Assembly (NCBI GenBank): GCA_030649735.1
Contig: JAUSFL010000032.1
Coordinates: 1 to 24,235 of the forward strand
DNA: 24,235 nucleotides
From: Candidatus Iainarchaeum sp.
GTDB lineage: Archaea > Iainarchaeota > Iainarchaeia > Iainarchaeales > UBA10191
Direction: 5' to 3'
The position numbers and the translations under genes were made by a program. Positions 8,385 through 17,463 of the stretch are shown in pieces (position 1 is the stretch's first letter; each line of letters starts with the position of its first letter). Below the pieces are notes generated by a model. The model did not search any database and had not been told where the DNA came from. It worked only from the letters and a program-made list of their open reading frames with translations.

Positions 8385-9443
8385 TTAGAAGATACTTCCC
8401 TTTCCCTGGCCTGCAAGCATTGTGTCCACAAATGCCAATACTTCTTCGGAATTCCTGACTTCTCCGACAATGACCCTGTCAGGCCGCATTCTCAAACTGT
8501 CAATTATCAAGTCTTTCATTCCGACATTCAAGCCTTCGCTCACGTTCAATTTTATCAAGTGCTCGTGCATTATCTTGAGCTCTGGAGTCTCTTCAACTGC
8601 AATGATTCTTTCATTTTCAGGCACAAAGCAAAACAGCGCGTTCAAAAGGCTGGTTTTTCCAGAGCCAGTGTTTCCAGCAATCAAAACGCTGGAGTCTGTC
8701 TGGAATGCAATTTGCAAAAAAGCCAAGGCTTCTGCAGTTGCTGTCTTGTTTGCAGCCAAATCCAATGGAGAGAATGGCTTTTTCCCGAACTTTCTGATTG
8801 TCACATTAGGCCCAAGGAAAGATACTGGCTCTATGCTGCATGAAAGCCGCGAGCCGTCAGGAAGCATTGCGTTAAGCCTTGGGTTTTGCATGCTCAAGCG
8901 CTTTCCCAACCGCCTGGCCATTTTGTTCACTGCATTTTTCACGCTGCTTTGGTTTGCGTAAGAAAAATTAGTCTTTAGCCAGCCTAATTTTCTGTCAAAA
9001 ACCCTCACCGGCTTTTCTTTGCCCAAGCCGGTTATTGCGATTTCTTCAATGCTTTCGTTCTCCAAAAGCCTTGACAATGGCCCAAATCCGAATGCTGAAA
9101 GCCTTAAGATTTCCAGCAAGTATTCTTCCTGCCCGGAGTCAATTTGAACCAAATTCCTGTCGCAGAATTCCTTGAAGAAAAACTCCAAATTGTTCAATTC
9201 TTCAAACTCCGGGTTTGACAATAGCTTGAATTCTTCAAAGGCCTCGGCCAAAAGCCCTGCCTCTTGAATGCTTAATTCCGGAAGATTGATGCAGTAAAGC
9301 AATTCCTTGCCTTTCAATTCAACAATCCTGCAGCTTTCATTCTCAAAAACTGTTTTCAGCATTTTTTCGCGCGCTGGCTGCCATAAAACCCAGCCTAAAA
9401 GAAAGCCTGCCTTGGCAGTTTCATCAATTGCCTGTTCTTCCAT
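8385..9443 (-). pseudogene. TadA/CpaF/VirB11-family secretion ATPase, 3'-truncated
   Basis: FGPLSRLLEN..IEEI, LPDGSR, TIRKF, Walker A GNTGSGKTS, AVEETPEL, SLRMRPDRVIVGEVR; stops at LAGQGKGSIF before the TxHA His-box and the C-terminal part expected for the family. Confidence 0.75.
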
Positions 9444-9572
9444 TAAACCAGAAGAAAAAAACCAGGAGCTTATTTTAAAGAAAGCGAAACTTTAAGCAAT
9501 TGACGAAGCAAGATCTTGCCAAGCCTGTAAAAAAATTAAAAAAAAGAAAAAGGAAAAAAAAGAAGCAGGGCT

Positions 9573-12500
9573 TTACTTTTTGCCCTTGCTTTTCTTTCCT
9601 TTAATTACAAATACTGCCGCAATGACTACAATTATTACAATCACTGCAACCAAAACAAGGTTGTTGTTTTCCTTCTGCTTTGCATCTGTTGTCGGGCTTG
9701 GCGCAGGTGCTGGATTATTCACTGGCGGAACAATGACTTCTTTTGCAATGCAGCTTCCCGCCTTGCAAACCTTGCCTGTACCGCAGCTTGAATTGTCAGC
9801 TATTGCAGCATTAGAGCAAGTGTTGCTTGAGCAAGTGTCTTGCGTGCATGGGTTGCTGTCGTCACAATTCATTGTAGGGCACAAGTCTGCAGCCGCTTCC
9901 GCAAATTCTGCAACAACTGCCTGCGGTATGGAATCAGCAGTGGCTTGGCTGATGTTTTTTGCAGTTGAATAATTCACTGTTGCAACTCCGCCTGCGGGAA
10001 TCTCGGCAATCTCAAACTCTATTATTGGATCGTCCTTTACAATCCTGTATTTCACTCCTGCCGGAAATTGCAGTTCTGAAGCGCTTAGAGCCACTGTTTT
10101 TGGCACTTCAACCAATACTTTCACTTTCTTCAAGATTTTGGTCTTGTTAGGATTGCTTACTGTGAAAGTTATTGTTGTAGTGTATGTTTTCACTCCGCTT
10201 GCGGAAGTTGTCTCGTCAACGTTTACTTCCTTTGTGACAGTGGTTTTTCCAACTGCTTCTGAAGCCTTTTGAATTGCATTCTCTGAAGCTCCAGCGCTTG
10301 TCAAAAGGTTTCTAATGTCTTCAGCGCTTGGCTTTCCTTCTGAAGTCTTGTGGATTATGTTCTTTTTTCCTTCAGGTGTTTCTGCTGGAGGGCCTGTTGT
10401 TCCTCCGCCAGGGCTACCGCCGCCTGGACTTGCTCCAGTATTGTTTCCACTTGTTGCGGCTGTTAAAGTGAATGCAACGCTTGTTGTGGCATTATTGTCT
10501 GCCCTGTCTATTGCCCTAATGTAAATTGTGTGGGCTCCAACAGTTTCTATTGTCACATTATAGCTTGTTGAAGTGGAATTGTCAACCCAGCTTCCGCTAT
10601 CAACTTTTGCCTGGTATAGCTTGATTCCACTTCCTCCAGTATCGCTTCCAGAGTATGTTACTGTAACATTTTGCGTGCCTGCTGCATAACTGTATCCTGC
10701 AGTTGGAGCGCTTATTGAAACTGTTGGCGCGTTATTGTCAATGTAGACGTTTCTGGAAACAACCAAAGCATTTCTGTCCGGCTGGTTAATGTCCAAATCA
10801 ATCCAGTGGTTTCCGTCAGGCACTAATGCTAAGTTAAAGTCTGCAGTGCTTGGCACCCAGTTGAAAGTGCAGTTTGATGAATTATTGTACTTTGCGTTAG
10901 TGTCTGAGTTTAATGGATTTAGTATGCAAGTGAATGCGAATGCGTTAGAATCTACTGATAAAATGTTGAAGTCTTGGGCTATTAGATTGGTCATTGCGCC
11001 GTTAGTGTCGCTCCAGTAAAGCTTTGCATGCAGGAAAGACTGAAGGGGAGATGTAGCCAAGTGCACTGCATTCCAGTCTGCTGCCCAGTTGAAGTCAAGC
11101 AATAATCCTTTCTTTCCGCTTGCATAAGTTGTCACTGTCGGAGTATTGAAGTTAACATCCAATGCAGTGGTTCCATAGTTGGAGAACCCAGTAACTTTGA
11201 AAGTTATGTTACCGTCTTTTGTGTTAGGATCAACAAACCAGTTGTAGTCAGAGCAAACATTGCTTGCACATTTAACGCCGTCCCTTGCAATTACAGGCAT
11301 TTTGCCTGAAAGGCTTCGCACGTTAAATATCGTGATGTTTGCGTCAATGCTGAATTCTGGCATTTGTGCAGAGTCAATTCCGAACAGGTTCTTGCTCTGA
11401 TTCCTCGTCATGTTGTTGTTATAGTTTGCCTGTGGAGTCTTCATCAAGTTTACGTCAGTATTCATTGCAATGCGCGCCAATGCAGTGGTCTTTGCATCAT
11501 TCAAGAATTCTACAACCATTCCTTTCATTGCTTGAATTTCCGACTGCTGTACTTTATTGTTTTTCATGACAACATCTATCGGGTATCTGAATGCATTTAC
11601 ATCGCCTGCTTCCTTTCGATAGCACGAGTGGTTTCCGTCACAAATTAGCACTGTAACATTCATGTCTGCAGCCAGTGTTTGGCTCGGCATTGCATAAAAG
11701 CTGGTTGTTCCTCCAAACAAGTTTACATTAATATCGTCAACATCAGACCTTATCCTGTTGTTAACATCTGTAACTCTTGCATAAAGCAAGTAAGGGTTGC
11801 TGAACGGGGTTAGAGTTGTTGGAACAACGACATTGACGTCAAACATGTAAATGAAGCGATTACTGTCAATTCCTGTTGCAATATTTCCAATTCCTCTGCC
11901 GATTGCACCAGCATTAATATCAGTCAACCTGTCAATCCTGACTCTGTTTCCATCGCGGGAAAGCGCGGCAGTTGGAGTTGCCTGGTTTCCATAGCCAGAA
12001 TATACTGTTCCGTTTCCATCAATAATAAGGTTCAAATCAAGGCTTCCAATCCTTAAAGCAATGTTTTGGTCTTTGTAAAATCCATATCCTCTCACATGGA
12101 AATTCTTGTCTAAAGCCCCAAATGGAGTGTATTGTAGCCCATTAGGTGTTGAAATAAATCTGTTAAAATCGCCTGTTGAAGCGCCCCTATTGAAATTAAT
12201 ATCAAAGTTTTTATCTCTTTCTGAGTTTCTATCTGGAATTATCATTAAAAAAGGGGTTACAAAAATTTGCAATGTTGCTTGGATTGCGTTAGGGTTAAGG
12301 TTGTTGTTGTCTCTTATTGCAATAATGTTCATTCCTTTTCTTGCTGTTGAGGGAATGCGCAAGAAAACATTGGCATCAGTTCCATTATGGTCCATATTGA
12401 TTGCCCTACCTCCAATATTTCCGTCTCCAACAATTATGAGTAAATTGGTGTCGCTTCTTATTACATTGAAGTCCTTATTTCCAACATTTGCATCTACTAT

Positions 12501-12725
12501 TCTAGAAACAGTCAATGCGACATTACTGTCTGTAGGCAGCATTATTGTCAGAATAAAATCGTAGTTTTTGTCCGGCGCCAAGCCCCTGACCAATACATTG
12601 ACATTTGCGTCTACTGAGTAATATACGTAATTGTTGTCCGGCAGGCTCATGCTTGGAATTGCGCTTGCAACTCCAGTAATTGCTGCCATTGCCAAAAGTA
12701 TGAATAAGAACTTCAAAATTTTCAT
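9573..12725 (-). CDS. Large membrane-anchored surface protein (S-layer-like/adhesin), D-x-N rich
   Basis: Signal peptide, Asn-rich beta domains, Ig-like DNNAPTVSISAP domain, Gly/Pro linker, VEVPK..DPIIEF domain, CDDSNPCTQDTC module, Pro linker, TM helix and lysine tail. Confidence 0.85.
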   Translation of the reverse strand: MKILKFLFILLAMAAITGVASAIPSMSLPDNNYVYYSVDANVNVLVRGLAPDKNYDFILTIMLPTDSNVALTVSRIVDANVGNKDFNVIRSDTNLLIIVGDGNIGGRAINMDHNGTDANVFLRIPSTARKGMNIIAIRDNNNLNPNAIQATLQIFVTPFLMIIPDRNSERDKNFDINFNRGASTGDFNRFISTPNGLQYTPFGALDKNFHVRGYGFYKDQNIALRIGSLDLNLIIDGNGTVYSGYGNQATPTAALSRDGNRVRIDRLTDINAGAIGRGIGNIATGIDSNRFIYMFDVNVVVPTTLTPFSNPYLLYARVTDVNNRIRSDVDDINVNLFGGTTSFYAMPSQTLAADMNVTVLICDGNHSCYRKEAGDVNAFRYPIDVVMKNNKVQQSEIQAMKGMVVEFLNDAKTTALARIAMNTDVNLMKTPQANYNNNMTRNQSKNLFGIDSAQMPEFSIDANITIFNVRSLSGKMPVIARDGVKCASNVCSDYNWFVDPNTKDGNITFKVTGFSNYGTTALDVNFNTPTVTTYASGKKGLLLDFNWAADWNAVHLATSPLQSFLHAKLYWSDTNGAMTNLIAQDFNILSVDSNAFAFTCILNPLNSDTNAKYNNSSNCTFNWVPSTADFNLALVPDGNHWIDLDINQPDRNALVVSRNVYIDNNAPTVSISAPTAGYSYAAGTQNVTVTYSGSDTGGSGIKLYQAKVDSGSWVDNSTSTSYNVTIETVGAHTIYIRAIDRADNNATTSVAFTLTAATSGNNTGASPGGGSPGGGTTGPPAETPEGKKNIIHKTSEGKPSAEDIRNLLTSAGASENAIQKASEAVGKTTVTKEVNVDETTSASGVKTYTTTITFTVSNPNKTKILKKVKVLVEVPKTVALSASELQFPAGVKYRIVKDDPIIEFEIAEIPAGGVATVNYSTAKNISQATADSIPQAVVAEFAEAAADLCPTMNCDDSNPCTQDTCSSNTCSNAAIADNSSCGTGKVCKAGSCIAKEVIVPPVNNPAPAPSPTTDAKQKENNNLVLVAVIVIIVVIAAVFVIKGKKSKGKK

Positions 12726-12871
12726 TTTCCAAAACCCCCAACGAAAAAACTCTTTTATAAAAAAGCAGTTTGTGTTTTTAAACGTTTCTCAAAAACGTCT
12801 CAAAATTTACTGTTTTGTACTAAAAAAAGTGTTAGTTAGAAGAAAGCTTGCCGGTTTTTTCACTGGCTTGC

Positions 12872-13039
12872 TTATTCAGTGTATTTTTTGTTGCATTCTT
12901 CGCTGCAAAAGCCGCGGGCGTACAAGTAGCTGGCTTTGTCTTCAATTAAGCGGTTGCATTGCCTGCAATACCTGTCTTTTTCTGTAATGCTGTATTTTGT
13001 TTTGACTCCGCCTTTGCGCAAGTAATTTGACAAATCCAT
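12872..13039 (-). CDS. 55-aa Zn-binding protein (CxxC...FCSxxC treble-clef, TRASH/zf-FCS-like)
   Basis: Not in the ORF track. MDLSNYLRKGGVKTKYSITEKDRYCRQCNRLIEDKASYLYARGFCSEECNKKYTE; SD GGGGTG 5 nt upstream of the ATG. Confidence 0.75.
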   Translation of the reverse strand: MDLSNYLRKGGVKTKYSITEKDRYCRQCNRLIEDKASYLYARGFCSEECNKKYTE

Positions 13040-13339
13040 GATAACACCCCGTGAAAAACTTGTAATATTAAGGGTTTTCTTCTTAAAAAATAATGCATTC
13101 TGCCCAAGAAAACCAAAAAAGTAAGCTTTTCAAACTGTCCGCTGTTTTTGAGTTTTGTTTTCGCCGAGCTAATGGTTTTTAAATCCCGCAACAGTATTTT
13201 ATGTGGGCTAAAAGAAAGTTATCACCCCGAATTCTGTGAAGAAGACAAAAGGCAAAGGGGAGGAAGATTTTCTAATGCATGTTCCTTCCTCTCCTTAAAT
13301 TCTTGCGGTTTTAAAAATGCTTTTTCAATAGGGTCTGTT

Positions 13340-13675
13340 ATGAACAAGAATTTTGCAGTAATTATTTTGCTTTCCGCTGTTTTTCTGCTTGCCGGCTGCG
13401 CCAGCATTGGCACCAAGGAATACTCGATTAATTTCAATGTTTCTGACGCTTTTGGAAATCCAGTAAACAATGCAAGCATTAGCATAATGCCGAGCAATGA
13501 AAACCAGCTAACAAACGTGATTTCAACAGACTCTAATGGGACTGCATCCATAGTTTTAATGTCTGGAAACTATTCGGTTACTGTTTCAAAGCCTGGCTTC
13601 AACAGCTATTTTCGAGTGCTTGGGTTTTCCAAGAATGAAAAAGTAACAGTCGTTTTGGAAGAAACACTACAATGA
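13340..13675 (+). CDS. Lipoprotein with carboxypeptidase-regulatory-like (PEGA/Cna-B) domain
   Basis: Start reassigned to the ATG at 13340 (MNKNFAV..LLAGC lipobox); DAFGNPVNNASI, TDSNG, GNYSVTVSKPGF pattern. Confidence 0.8.
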   Translation: MNKNFAVIILLSAVFLLAGCASIGTKEYSINFNVSDAFGNPVNNASISIMPSNENQLTNVISTDSNGTASIVLMSGNYSVTVSKPGFNSYFRVLGFSKNEKVTVVLEETLQ

Positions 13676-13681
13676 ATTCTT

Positions 13682-16090
13682 TTAACGCAAGTTCTTGTTC
13701 AAAAGCGTCAAGGCCAGTATTGCAAATGCCGGAATCAGCAGGACAATTGCCTCAAAGCCCAGATTGCCTATTGTGTTTCCCTTGACCATTACTTCGCTGA
13801 GCATTGTTATTGAAACAGTCAATGGCAGGACTTGCGCAAATCCTTGGATTATCGGGTTCATTAACTCTAAAGGCATTATGACTCCGCTCAGGAAAAGCAT
13901 TGGAATAATGAAAAGCAATGACATCAGGATTGTCGTTCCCTGGTTTTTCGTGAAGTTTGAAATCAAAAGCCCCCAGTTAATGAAAGCGAAAGAGACGAGG
14001 ACAATTGCCAAGAACACTTCAATAAGGCTTCCTGCAATTGTTATCTTGTAGTTTGTGAAATTGTCCAGCAGCAAAAGCAACGCAATTATTATTGCGGCCT
14101 GGATCAAGGCAAAAATCAGCTGGCCTAAAATTTTTCCTGCAAAGAGAATTGATTTTGGAGTAGTGCTTAAAACCATCCTGCTGTAAGCGCCTTGGTTTCT
14201 TTCGTCAACAAAGCTGACTCCAGTCAAAAGGATTGTGGTAAGCAATAGCAATAGCACAAGCGCAATTGGCACTGCAATTCCAAGCCTTTCAACCTTGAAC
14301 ACTTGGATTTTGTTCAAAATCAAAGGGTCTGCCAAGAATTCAGGGCTTATTCTCCCAAGCTCTTTCAGTGAGTCCATGAAAGAGCCAATCATTCTTTTGG
14401 ATTCCTTGAGCTTTGCCCCGACTTCCTTTTTTTGCTCTTTGGAATTTGCTATCAAGGTTTTGACTTCACTGAGTGTTTGGTCCAGCTTGTTTACAAAAAC
14501 TTCCATTTTGTTCAAGTCATTCTGCGTTTCTGAAATGTCAGTCTTCAGTGCCTGAATGTCCTGTTTGTTTTTCTGCAGTTTTGCCCGAATTCCAGTTTCC
14601 GGCTGGTTTATTTTTGCGGAGAATTCAGCGAGGTCTACTTCAATTCCTGAAAGGTCTGTGTAAACTCCGCTTAATTCTGTTTGAACTTCATTAATTTGCG
14701 CGTTAATGTCATCAACAACTCCGAGCAGTTCAGTCCTTGCAGGCTCTGGGCTTTGCTCAATGGTTTGCCTAGTTGAAGAAAGCCTTGCGCTCAAATATCC
14801 GATGTCTCCTTGGCTTTTTGCTATCTTCACTTTGTAAGCTGCGACTTTTGTTCTTGTAGCGTTGATTTTGGAATTCATGTCTTCAATAGTGGCCAAAAAG
14901 CCGTCAAGTTCAGAATCAAATTCGTCAATTTTTTCGTTAAACTGGCTTATTTTTTCAGACTGCCTTGAAAGAGCGCCTTTGGCGTCAGCAATGTTCAATT
15001 CATTAAGGTCTGCTTCCAATTGGTTGAGTTTTCTGTCGCTTTCATCAAGCTTTAGTATGAAATCGTCAATTCTTGAAACTTCGTTTCCCAAATCCTTGTT
15101 TATTTGCCCAAGCTCTCCCCAAATTTCCTTCAATAGGGACTGGGACATTGAATATCCAATGTTTTGAACTTGGCTTTTTGCGACTTCAAAAAAAATTGCT
15201 GAACTGCTTATTGAAGAATTGTCATAATACAAGTCTATGACGTATTTTCCAAACTTGGATTCTGGATTGTTCACTACAATTCCAACCTTGCTTTCCCTTT
15301 TTTTTATTGACTCAAGGACTTTTTCCTTTGAGTTAAAATTGTGCATTTTGACAAGGCCTGATTTTGAAAGGCTTTGCTTAAAGTAGTCAATGTTGAAGTC
15401 TTTCACGCTTTTTGGCGCGTAAATTGCGACATCAACTTGGGTTATTGCATTGTTGCCTCCAAAAGACAATGCCAGTGTTGCCATTACAACAACAGCCAAT
15501 GTAAGCGCGGTAAGCAATCCTGCCTTTTGGCTTTTTATCAAATTCAATTCTTTCAGCGCAATCTTAAAAACAGTCAAGCCCGGAAGCTCGTCAATTTTTT
15601 CAAAAAGTGGGTTTCCTCTGGATTCTTTTTTTGTTTTTTCCAATGCTTTTTTTGAAAGCTCTTTTGGACCTTCAGCAATTATTTGCTCGTTTAGATCAAC
15701 AACCATTGTCTTTGCCAAGCCATCGCCAACTCGTCTCGTGTCTGGGTTTTTTCCTTTAGCCAAGGCTATTTGGAAAAATGCAATCAACTCGGTTCCAGGA
15801 ATCAAGAATATACAATTTCTAAGGATTGAATCCCAAATTCTTGCTGGCTGTGAATTACTGATTTTTATTGTTTTGAGATTCAACAATTTTTTTCCAATGC
15901 TTTGGCCTGAAAGCAATCCGTCTTTGCAGAGCATGTACACAACAGCGATCAATCCGCCAAGGTTAATGGAATAAATTGAAAGGTTCAATTGCCAAAAAAC
16001 AAGAATGATTGCAAGCGCGACAAGGCTGTCTGCAATGAATGCCGCAGTCCTTTTCCAAAGTCCTCCCCCAATGTAGTTTATTTCAACCAT
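13682..16090 (-). CDS. ABC-2 type permease with N-terminal RDD domain and long extracellular coiled coil
   Basis: KRTAAFIAD, GQSIGKKLLNL, RRVGDGLAKTMVV (RDD); ERNQGAYSRM, GKILG, FLSGVIMPLELM, LPLT (ABC-2); heptad-rich central region. Confidence 0.85.
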   Translation of the reverse strand: MVEINYIGGGLWKRTAAFIADSLVALAIILVFWQLNLSIYSINLGGLIAVVYMLCKDGLLSGQSIGKKLLNLKTIKISNSQPARIWDSILRNCIFLIPGTELIAFFQIALAKGKNPDTRRVGDGLAKTMVVDLNEQIIAEGPKELSKKALEKTKKESRGNPLFEKIDELPGLTVFKIALKELNLIKSQKAGLLTALTLAVVVMATLALSFGGNNAITQVDVAIYAPKSVKDFNIDYFKQSLSKSGLVKMHNFNSKEKVLESIKKRESKVGIVVNNPESKFGKYVIDLYYDNSSISSSAIFFEVAKSQVQNIGYSMSQSLLKEIWGELGQINKDLGNEVSRIDDFILKLDESDRKLNQLEADLNELNIADAKGALSRQSEKISQFNEKIDEFDSELDGFLATIEDMNSKINATRTKVAAYKVKIAKSQGDIGYLSARLSSTRQTIEQSPEPARTELLGVVDDINAQINEVQTELSGVYTDLSGIEVDLAEFSAKINQPETGIRAKLQKNKQDIQALKTDISETQNDLNKMEVFVNKLDQTLSEVKTLIANSKEQKKEVGAKLKESKRMIGSFMDSLKELGRISPEFLADPLILNKIQVFKVERLGIAVPIALVLLLLLTTILLTGVSFVDERNQGAYSRMVLSTTPKSILFAGKILGQLIFALIQAAIIIALLLLLDNFTNYKITIAGSLIEVFLAIVLVSFAFINWGLLISNFTKNQGTTILMSLLFIIPMLFLSGVIMPLELMNPIIQGFAQVLPLTVSITMLSEVMVKGNTIGNLGFEAIVLLIPAFAILALTLLNKNLR

Positions 16091-16095
16091 AAAAA

Positions 16096-17058
16096 TCAGT
16101 CTTTCAGTTTCCTTCCAGTCAAGTTAATGAACACGTCTTCCAGTTCAGGCTCTCTTAAAGTTGAGCTTTTGATTTCATAGCCTTTGGCGTTGATGAAGTC
16201 TGTAATCATTGAAATTTTTTCAAGGCTGTGCTCTTGCGAAAGCGCAATGACTATTGCGTTTCCTAAGCTTGTGACTTCGCTTCCGATAAGTATTCTTTTC
16301 AAGGCCTCGACAAAGTCGCTTTCTGGAATTTTTTCAAGCATTACAACAAGCACTTTGAAGCCGCCGTATTCTTCAATTAGTTTTTTCGGGCTTTCGCAAA
16401 CGAGGAGCTTTCCTTGATTGATGATTCCAACCCTGTCGCACAAGTGCTCTGCCTCATCCATGTAGTGCGTTGTAATGCAAATTGTCTTTCCATCGTCCTT
16501 CAACGTTTCAATGATTTCCCAAAACAATTTTCTCATTTTTGGGTCAAGGCCGACTGTTGGCTCGTCGAAAAAAATCACGCGCGGGTCATGGACTAGAGAG
16601 CACGCAATGTTCAAGAGCCTTTGATAGCCTCCTGACAAATTTTCAACCTTGCGGTTTTCAAACTGCTTTAACTGCAGCCATTCAAGCAGGTATTCCCTTC
16701 GCTTTTTCAGCTCTTGGCCCTTGATTCCGTAAAGAGTCCCAAAAAAATCAAGGTTTTGCTTCACGCTGAATGAATAGAACGCGGCAATGTCTTGCGGGAC
16801 AATCGCGACTTTTCCCTTGATTAGCGAGTGCTGTTTTTTCAGGTCTGCGCCAAAAAACCTAACATTTCCTGAATCAGCGTCCATCATTCCCATCAGGATC
16901 TTTGATAAAGTGCTTTTTCCCGCGCCATTAGGCCCTAAAAGCCCGAAAACTTCATTCTCCAGAATGTAAATGCTAATGTCTGAAAGCGCCGCAAAACTCC
17001 CGAACTTTTTTGACACTTTTTCCGCAACGACAATTGCTTTCTTTTCCTTTGAAGGCAT
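16096..17058 (-). CDS. ABC transporter ATP-binding protein (DrrA/CcmA-like)
   Basis: GPNGAGKS, LSGG, FFDEPTVGLDP, TTHYMDEAE, C-terminal LEDVF. Confidence 0.95.
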   Translation of the reverse strand: MPSKEKKAIVVAEKVSKKFGSFAALSDISIYILENEVFGLLGPNGAGKSTLSKILMGMMDADSGNVRFFGADLKKQHSLIKGKVAIVPQDIAAFYSFSVKQNLDFFGTLYGIKGQELKKRREYLLEWLQLKQFENRKVENLSGGYQRLLNIACSLVHDPRVIFFDEPTVGLDPKMRKLFWEIIETLKDDGKTICITTHYMDEAEHLCDRVGIINQGKLLVCESPKKLIEEYGGFKVLVVMLEKIPESDFVEALKRILIGSEVTSLGNAIVIALSQEHSLEKISMITDFINAKGYEIKSSTLREPELEDVFINLTGRKLKD

Positions 17059-17091
17059 GCTTTAAGAGAGAGAAAACCCAAGTATAAAAGC

Positions 17092-17460
17092 CTAATTGAA
17101 AACTGCCTTTTCCCCCACTTTAATCTTTTTTTTCCTTGCAATTCCCGCAGGCATTTCTATAATGTATTTTGCAGGTTTTTTTGGAGTGCAATTCAATGTC
17201 CAAGGCTTCAAGCTTTCAACTACGTCGACAATTTCCTTGCGGGAATTCAGGAAGAGGACGTCTATTGGAAAGTTCATGAACATCATGTGAATGCTTGCTC
17301 CGTAACGGCTTTCAAAATCCAGCGGAAAAACAAGCGCGTAATCAAAGTTTTCCTTGCTTTCAAGCATCAGTCCCTTGAAGCGCTTGAAGGAAGAGTCAGC
17401 AATCATTGATTTTTCCAGGACAAGTTGCTTTTTTCCTTTGCGGATTACAAAAACAGCCAT
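17092..17460 (-). CDS. DUF192 family protein
   Basis: ADS..KRFKGLM, IHMMFMNFPIDVLFLN, LKPW, YIIEMPAG, VGE motifs. Confidence 0.9.
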   Translation of the reverse strand: MAVFVIRKGKKQLVLEKSMIADSSFKRFKGLMLESKENFDYALVFPLDFESRYGASIHMMFMNFPIDVLFLNSRKEIVDVVESLKPWTLNCTPKKPAKYIIEMPAGIARKKKIKVGEKAVFN

Positions 17461-17463
17461 TTT

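Larger units (their letters stand above)
1..8390. mobile_element. Right-hand portion of a putative integrative (conjugative-type) element
   Basis: T4SS-like operon plus AbiE TA plus small accessory genes, ending at a truncated host ATPase gene. No integrase, relaxase or second att site is visible in the window. Confidence 0.6.

Noticed and set aside
12946-13191. 81-aa minus-strand ORF from the track
   Set aside because: Overlaps the better-supported Zn-binding ORF 12872-13039 in another frame.
13148-13339. N-terminal extension of the 175-aa ORF
   Set aside because: The lipoprotein signal peptide begins at the ATG at 13340; the upstream part looks non-coding.
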